Below are positions 41,514-64,000 of a DNA stretch of 64,000 nt, piece after piece. The stretch lies in NCBI GenBank assembly GCA_051294375.1, contig CM119270.1, positions 16,861,904 through 16,925,903 of the forward strand, written 5' to 3'. This DNA is from Paraspadella gotoi (taxonomy: Eukaryota; Animalia; Chaetognatha). Position numbers and translations under genes: made by a program. The notes beneath the pieces were generated by a model. That model was not told the origin of the DNA, did no database searches, and was given only the letters and a program-made list of their open reading frames with translations. The first letter of the stretch is position 1. Each line of letters begins with the position of its first letter.

Positions 41514-42540
41514 ATGTTCTGATTAACCTAACCTTCTTAATCTTCAGTAGCAGAACACAAAAATGAGGAAGCCAGATCACACTATTGTGAAAAAGTCGAA
41601 TCTTTCACTTTCTTCTGTCAATGTGGCCCAATTTTCAAATTATGTTTATCTTGAACGGTCTTGCAACTCGTCTGCGACGCGAAAGGGCTACATCTACCGG
41701 ACATGCGGACAGGGGGTAACGATTGGTCAAAAGTCGACCGAAAGCCCATTTTGATCGGATCGTTGGAGGATCTGATTTGTAATCTTACTCTGGTCGAAGG
41801 CCAAAGATGGGAGAAGAAAGAATCCAAATATTTTTCTCTCTCTTCTCTCAGAATTTGAGCGTCAAAACAAAAAGAAAAGAAAATCATATAAAGCACCAAA
41901 AAACGTTTATTGAAAAAACGAGCCACGTACGCGCGCTCGAACGAAAAAAAAGCTTGTTTTGCTTTTGGTTTCAAATCTTCGAAAATTTCAAAAAAAACAT
42001 CAGGATTTATACGTTTACTTTTTTTGGATTTTTTTTCTCATCCCGCCCCCGTGGGAAAAGCTAGCATTTTTTTTTGTTAATTCGGGATAATAATCGTTTT
42101 ACTTTTGTGCATTGATGCATTGGGGTCATATCATTTAGTATCAACATCTCTCTTGATTTAGTACGATCGAGAAATTCGAGAAAGGAGCCTATTAATTTTT
42201 CGGAGATTAAATAGTCGCGGTCAATTTTTTTTCTTCAAGATTTTGGGTTCGCTTTGCAAGAATTTAATTTACATTTCGTTAATTTAAAAACGTAAAAGCG
42301 TGAATTAAACAAAGGTAACTTTTTCCGAGAAACTTTTTTTTCCCTCTATTTTTCTTTCCATCTCACCGTTCTACTGACACTGTCATTCCCACACAGTCAC
42401 TCTTTCAGGTCGTCGTTTTTCTCTCTCTCCCAAAATTTATGTCTCCAAATAACAAAACATAAAACAAAAACAACAAACTTCGCAAACGTAAACAGAAAAC
42501 GAATTCTTCTTTAAAATAAAACAAAACAAAAAAAACAAAA

Positions 42541-43416
42541 ATGACCCCGAAACGCTCTCCCGTGACGCGTCGCTCCCGACCGGCGCCATATTTCTTCACT
42601 TCCGGCCAATCGACTTCGGTCGTCGTCGTCGTCGTCGTCCTCGCTGTGTCACTTTCGTCGGCCTCGGTTCACGAGCAACGCCTCATTAGCGACTTGACCG
42701 CCAATTACAACCCGGACATCCTGCCCGTCAAGAGCATCAACGAATCGATAGAAGGTGAGAGAGAGAGAGAGAGAGAGATAGAGAGAGAGACCATAGAAAG
42801 GGAGGTCATTTTTAAAGTCTTATACCTAAATTGGTAAAAAAAGAAAACGTTGACTTCTGCTCCATCTCCGTCCTCAGTGGCATTCGAGGCAGAAATGATC
42901 CAACTGATCAACGTCCGTGAATTGGATGAAGTCATGAAGACCAACATGTGGTTGCGACTTTATTGGACCGACAGTCAACTTACTTGGGATCCCAAAGGTC
43001 ACTTTTTTCTTTTTTGTGTGTGTGTTTTTCTTTATTCTTAGTCTGTCCTCCATCTTTTCTTCTTGACTCTTTCTGTCTCTCTCTCTCTTCTCTTCTCTCT
43101 TCTCTCTCTCTCTCCATTCATCTGCCCGGTACTGCCCCCGGCCTCCTTCCTGTCTCTCTCTCTTTCTCTTCCCTTCTCCTCTCCCTCCCCTCCCTCCTCC
43201 GCTCCCAATTCCTCTCCCGCCCACCCTCTCTTTCAGACTAGGTGGCATCGACGTCGCTTCGCATCCCCAACCACGACATCTGGAATCCGACATCGTCCTC
43301 TCAACAACGCGGACGGAAACTTCGAAGTCAGCTTCAGCTGCAAAGTTCTGGTTTGTCAATGTCTGTCCGTCGGTGTGTCTGTCGTCTGTTTTTTCTGTCG
43401 GTCATTAAGTCTGCTT

Positions 43417-43453
<37 letters not shown>

Positions 43454-43630
43454 TACCTTCCCACTCCACCTAATCAGGTCTACTACTACGGAACTCGTCC
43501 TCTGGTTCCCTGCTCCATCTACGAAAGCTCCTGTAACCTCGACATTCTTTACTTTCCCTTCGACGAACAAACTTGCGAGTTGATTTTCGGCAGCTGGAGT
43601 TACAACGCGGACGAGGTCAAGGTCAAATGG
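42541..43630 (+). CDS. nAChR subunit exons 1-4, duplicate copy (a further fragment lies at 43847-44273)
   Basis: Exons 42541-42754, 42878-42997, 43237-43350 and 43478-43630 include the Cys-loop CNLDILYFPFDEQTC and FGSWSY; nearly identical to 45749-46881. Confidence 0.85.
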
Positions 43631-44159
43631 TAAAGTCAAGGACAAATGTACGGTCAATTTTTAATGGTGAGGTCAAGGACTAATGATGAGGCAGGTTGAA
43701 GGATAGGTGGCGATCAGGGCAAAGTAAATGGTGAGTAAAGGTCATATTGTGAGGTCTATTAATTCATTGCATGGTCGGATAGTCCTTTCCTTCCCCCCCC
43801 TTTTCCTCTCTTTTTTATCTTNNNNNNNNNNNNNNNNNNNNNNNNNTTCGCATCCCCAACCACGACATCTGGAATCCCGACATCGTCCTTCTCAACAACG
43901 CGGACGGAAACTTCGAAGTCAGCTTCAGCTGCAAAGTTCTGGNNNNNNNNNNNNNNNNNNNNNNNNNNNNNNNNNNNNNNNNNNNNNNNNNNNNNNNNNN
44001 NNNNNNNNNNNNNNNNNNNNNNNNNNNNNNNNNNNNNNNNNNNNNNNNNNNNNNNNNNNNNNNNNNNNNNNNNNNNNNNNNNNNNNNNNNNNNNNNNNNN
44101 NNNNNNNNNNNNNNNNNNNNNNNNNNNNNNNNNNNNNNNNNNNNNNNNNNNNNNNNNNN

Positions 44160-44193
<34 letters not shown>

Positions 44194-45748
44194 TTACCTT
44201 CCCACTCCACCTACAGGTCTACTACTACGGAACCGTCCTCTGGGTTCCCTGCTCCATCTACGAAAGCTCCTGTANNNNNNNNNNNNNNNNNNNNNNNNNT
44301 GCACTTTTTTTTATCATCTATTTTAAATGTCGCTAATCTATCTTTCGCAATTTCTTTTTTGTTTTTGACTTTTTTGCTCAATTTCGAGCCATTGGTGCCT
44401 TTAAACACCCGATAAATATTCCGATGTATCCAGGTAAAATTATCTTTTCTAAAACTGATTTTTTTAAAAAATTGTATTGGAATTTTGTTACTGCTCACGT
44501 TTGTCGTGTGTTATTCGTTTTTAATTCACATGAAAAACATTTGACTAATTTTATAATTTTTCCTATTGATTAATTGTAATAAAATTATCGTTTCAATTTT
44601 GTTTTTAAGTTTTTACTGTTTCAATAGAATTGGAGTCTATTGCCTTCGGCAGACCTTGACAACTTTTCTAGTTAAAGCATTTGATAACGATAACCTTTTA
44701 TTAAAGTTTACAATTGTAAGGTACTCGATTTAGAAAGCAGCGTAAACATGTTCTGATTAACCTAACTTCTTAATCTTCATAGCAGAACACAAAAAGAAAA
44801 GCCCAAGGAAAAAGTCGAATCTTTCACTTTCTTCAGTCAATGTCCCATTTTCAAATTTGTTTATCTTGAACGGTCTTTCGCAACTCGTCTGGCTGACGAA
44901 AGGCTACATCTACCGGACATGCGGACAGGGGGTGAACGATTGGTCAAACGTCGACCGAAAGCCATTTGATCGGATCGTTGGAGGATCTGATTTGTAATCT
45001 TACTCGTCGAAGGCCAAAGATGGGAGAAGAAAGAATCCAAATATTTTTCTCTCTCTTCTCTCAGAATTTGACGTCAAAACAAAAAGAAAAGAAAATCATA
45101 TAAAGCACCAAAAAAACGTTTATTGAAAAAACGAGCCACGTACGCGCGCTCGAAGAAAAAAAGCTTGTTTTGCTTTTGGTTTCAAAATTTCGAAAAATTT
45201 CAAAAAAAACATCAGGATTTTATACGTTTACTTTTTTTTGATTTTTTTTCTCACCCGCCCCCGTGGGAAAAGCTAGCATTTTTTTTTGTTAATTCGGGAT
45301 AATAATCGTTTTACTTTGTGGCATTGATGCATTGGGGTCATATCATTTAGTATCAACATCTCTCTTGATTTAGTACGATCGAAAATTCGAGAAAGGAGCC
45401 TATTAATTTTCGGAGATTTAATAGTCGCGGTCAATTTTTTTTCTTCAAGATTTTGGGTTCGCTTTGCAAGAATTTTAATTTACATTTCGTTAATTTAAAA
45501 ACGTAAAAGCGTGAATTAAACAAAGGTAACTTTTTCCGAGAAACTTTTTTTTCCCTCTATTTTTCTTTCCATCTCACCGTTCTACTGACACTGTCATTCC
45601 ACACAGTCACTCTTTCAGGTCGTCGTTTTTCTCTCTCTCCCAAAATTTATGTCTCCAAATAACAAAACATAAAACAAAAACAAAAAACTTCGCAAACGTA
45701 AACAGAAAACGAATTCTTCTTTAAAAAAACAAAACAAAAAAAACAAAA

Positions 45749-50148
<4,400 letters not shown>

Positions 50149-50610
50149 GAAAAGATGAAAAATTTATTTGTGAAGAAATGAAGTGAACTAAAGTGAGAAG
50201 AGAGCAACTGTATTTACGAAGAATTGAATTGAACTGAACTGAACTGAACTGAACTGAACTGAACTGAACTGAAAGAACTTCTATTTTAAAGAGAAGCTGG
50301 AATTTTTAACTTGTTTTACGATTTCGTAAATCGTTTTGATTTTAATTCTTAATTTTAATTCTAATTCCATGTCATTACGATACGGGTAGCGTGAGAGCAA
50401 CTCTATTTATTTTGAATGAAGTCTTTAAAAAAGCTGACTAATCTCGGATAATTTGACGATGATTAAAAAGCCCAGGAGGTGTCCAGAAGTCCTGGATGGG
50501 ATGTTTCGCTTTAACTTTGTTTAGGCCAAAATTGTTTCTCGAACTCAAGGGGTCGCTAGCAGTTTTCTGAATAGAGCGAAAACAAGAGAGAACGGAAGAG
50601 AAACAGCCAG

Positions 50611-50659
<49 letters not shown>

Positions 50660-51977
50660 TTAACGAATAACCATGCTTATCGCGACTAATCGCCATCTGC
50701 CGGCTAATTTTATTTTCTTTGATATTGTGAATTTATCGATTATTGATTTATTAAAGTTTTCCTTAAACAGTTAATTTTTTTTAAATTGATTAGATTTATT
50801 AGATTAATTCGAAGATGCAGAATTAAGTCAGGTGGACCTTACAGCTCTCGATGATTGACAAAATAAATATAATGCTATTTTTTGTTAGTTTTTTTTATAA
50901 TAAAATAAATTCTTCTTTACTCAATACTCAACTATGAAAAAGAAACACCAATGAACAACTTTTTCTGGTTGGCAATAATAAGGATAAAAATTAAATTGGC
51001 TGCTACTTTTCAGAAAATAATTTACCATAAAAAAGTTTCTATGATTTGAAATACGGAATGTAACACACATTTTGAATTGAAACTTTCTACGATTGAAGCA
51101 GATAAGCCGGGAACAATACCGTCTGATCGTTTCCATTAACTCAACGAGTTTAATCGTGATTCAAAACACTTAATGTCCAATTGTCCAATTGTCCAATTGT
51201 CCGATTGTCCCTTCATCAATCATTCCCCCCCCCCTTTCCCCTCGATCCCCATTTCCTCTCAAAAATCTCGATAATAAAAAAGCAAAATTCGTGAGTCATC
51301 GTCGCAATTCCACCGNNNNNNNNNNCTCCCCCCCTTTCTTTCCTTCTTTCTTTCTTTCCTTCTTTCTTTCCTCCCCTCTTTGTGATACATCAAACCTCAG
51401 CTCTTCCTCTATTTTTGGCCTCTTCTCTCTCCCATAGACGAACGATATTCCCTTCCTCCTCCTTCGCTCGCGTGCAGAGGAGAGAAGCTACTTCCATCTG
51501 GCTGCTAACGCGTTCGTCGTCCGGAGCGGAAGGATTTAACGAGAGTTTCGTTATTTTCTCGTTACGTTTGACGCCAATTTTGGCCCTATTTCACTCGTTC
51601 CATTTCGTTTTATTACACTCGCGCGCCGGTGGACGTTTCTGATGTCGTTAAAAACGCACGGGCTTTTCCTCTTCCTCCAATCTCTCTTTTGCTCTTNNNN
51701 NNNNNNAGTCTTTGACTAAGAGATCCTAATTCCTGAGCGGAGGAAAAAGAGGGGCTAGCTTTGCCCCTTACCTCCTTCTAAAACGGCTCTTGCCACCCGG
51801 TGGGGCTTTTCTCGTTTTGGTTGGGAGAGTGGATGGAGGAAAGAAGGAGGAAAAGTAAGCAGGAGGAAACTTCTTTTCTTTTTCAATTGGAGGAGGAAGA
51901 TGAGGAGGAGGTTCCTTCGCTCTTATCATCGATTCCACTAAACATGGAACCGAATCCGCCCTCGCGGTCGCATGCGC

Positions 51978-52111
<134 letters not shown>

Positions 52112-52616
52112 CGCGCCAACGTGTGCGCGCGCTTGAGCCTCTCATCGCACGGAAACTACGAGAAGCAATTCAATGTTTTTCTTCGAAGCCGGAAAATTAT
52201 TATTTTTTGTTTCTCCGTTTAATTTGTTATTCTGTTTTTTCAAAATCGAGTGTTTGTTGACATTCTTGCCACCTTTGTTTACATTTTGCAGGTGATGGAA
52301 TTCGTCTTTTGTTTACGCGCCGTCCATTTTTGTTTATATCGTTGATTTCGTCAAAACAAATATCGAGAAAAATTTAATACACTTGATTTTACATCGTCTT
52401 TTGAAACGACTGCTATCTTTCTAACTCTTCGAATCTTTTTTGACGATTCCGCATCACTTTTCCTAATTTATAAATTCGTGGGAGTCAAATCCTTACAGCA
52501 TTCGGGCAGTAAGTATTAGCCAATAGTTTTAGATATTATGGATATAAAAGAGATTTTTCTCTCTAAGAAAGAAACAGAGCGAGATTTATACGATAAATAT
52601 AATTAGAGAGTAAAAA

Positions 52617-52715
<99 letters not shown>

Positions 52716-52958
52716 GACTATTATTAAAAGATATAAGAGAAATATAAATAAACAAAATTTAACAAAAAGAGAAAGATAATTAAAATTTAAGATAAAAAGA
52801 AAGAAAGAAAGAAAGAAAAAAAGAAAGAAAGAAAGAGATTGCGGGCGGATGTAAATGATGGCGGGGGATGTAATTGAATTTCTTCCCCAAGGTCGCGTCG
52901 TTTATACCAGGTTTAACAAAAATGGAGATGGGAAATTTACTTTGATTTATGTGGGGAG

Positions 52959-53004
<46 letters not shown>

Positions 53005-53071
53005 TGAGAGAAATTGAAAAAGAAAAAAAAAGAAAGAGAGGGAAAAAATAAAGCAAGAAACAAAGGAATGC

Positions 53072-53103
<32 letters not shown>

Positions 53104-54029
53104 AANNNNNNNNNNNNNNNNNNNNNAAAGAAAGAAAGAAAGAAAGAAAGAAAGAAAAAATATTAAATATTGTTTAAGATATTAAAACTTTTCCTCTTGT
53201 TGTCTTCGTAAAAGTTCGAACTCATTCATTCGACCAAATCATTTGCGTTCGTTTGTCTTCTGCTTCGTTGAATCACAAGAATAGAATTCAATACGATGAC
53301 ATCTTGGCTGACATTGACGCAGACGACGACAACGACGATGACATAGATTCATAGAATATCATATTGTCAAAAAAAAAAACAAACAAAGAAATGAAGATGA
53401 TGAAGACAACGTTTCTCCTGTTACCTTTAATTCTCCGCTTGAATTTGAAAATTAAATTCTCCTAATTTACGCTCAATTTCAATTTTCTTTCATTTAATAT
53501 TCTATTCACTTTATGTATTAATAGTTAAATCTATGTTTTTCACAGAACTATAAATAAATTCTTTGGCGCTGAAAAAAAAACAAACAGTAAAAACTACAAT
53601 TTCCTTTCTTTAAAGTCACAACATCAAAATAAGTAGGAAACTTAAAGAACCTGTGATTAATAAGATCATCATATCATTTTTCTCGACTAAAAAAAAACAA
53701 AAAAAAAACTAAAACGATATTTTTAGATATTTTTTTAAATAAAAAAATCGTATTTACAGTAAATCAAAACTGAATAAAAAACACAAACTTTCTCCCATTT
53801 ATCGGTTGGCATTTCGCTAATAGGAAATATCGACGGCTCACTTCCCCGCCCCCCCCACCCAACCGATCGCACAAAAAAAAAACCTCACTCGATTCACGTC
53901 TGTTTTCACGATTAATCGACCTCCAGAGATTCCATCCGGTCGGAGCCATCCGTGCCCATCCTTTTGTTTACTCAAAATATAAAAAAAAATCCGGCCGTTT
54001 GCCGGGAGGCTTCCGTTCCCTCGGAAACC

Positions 54030-54265
54030 ACCGGGCCAATCATCGACGTTCTATTGGGTTTAACGCTCGACCAATCACCGTTCGTTTACGAAGCCCCTCG
54101 GACATTCACCTTGTTTGTCAATCACCGGTGAATTATTCGTCAATCAGTTCCCAGTCCCTTCGGTTTACTGCTCGTCAAAATCACCAGCCGTCTATATTGT
54201 TTTTTATTCAAAAAATATATCGACCAATCAGCGACGAGTATTTCAGAAAATCTTCAGCCAATCAA
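54030..54265 (+). promoter_or_regulatory. Dense CCAAT/CAATCA cluster immediately upstream of the DCLK ATG
   Basis: GCCAATCA ~54035, ATTGG ~54053, ACCAATCA ~54070, TCAATCA ~54118 and ~54140, ACCAATCA ~54223, GCCAATCA ~54258. Confidence 0.6.
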
Positions 54266-54273
54266 GAAACAGG

Positions 54274-63926
<9,653 letters not shown>

Positions 63927-64000
63927 GTGAGGACAGGGGGTGAGGTCGCAGGGTAGAGTCGGGTCTCCGACGTCCTTCGTCTTTTATATTCGATTTGATC

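Overview
Eukaryotic (invertebrate metazoan-like) draft-assembly scaffold with many N gaps, dense microsatellites ((CT)n, (GAC/GTC)n, (TGA)n, (GAAA)n) and near-duplicate blocks full of single-base indels that look like haplotype or long-read gap-fill artefacts. Four intron-rich + strand genes were reconstructed by hand from splice sites and conserved motifs. They are a thymine-DNA glycosylase (TDG, ~23174-31036), an Ena/VASP protein (35234-38316), a non-alpha nicotinic acetylcholine receptor subunit (45749-50148, with duplicated 5' copies) and a doublecortin-like kinase (54274 to beyond the window end). The first 22 kb holds a decayed LINE RT fragment, direct and inverted duplications and unresolved exon-like islands. 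The most notable pattern is that many introns are built from tandem repeats whose unit includes the adjacent exon-intron junction. Examples are five copies of a branch point plus acceptor in TDG, a donor-spanning array in DCLK where only the first copy keeps GT, and a microexon born by junction duplication. Also notable are a TDG with substituted specificity residues, frequent AAG or A-rich acceptors, one GC-AG intron and a polymorphic foldback insertion. All coordinates were read manually and are approximate where the sequence is noisy.
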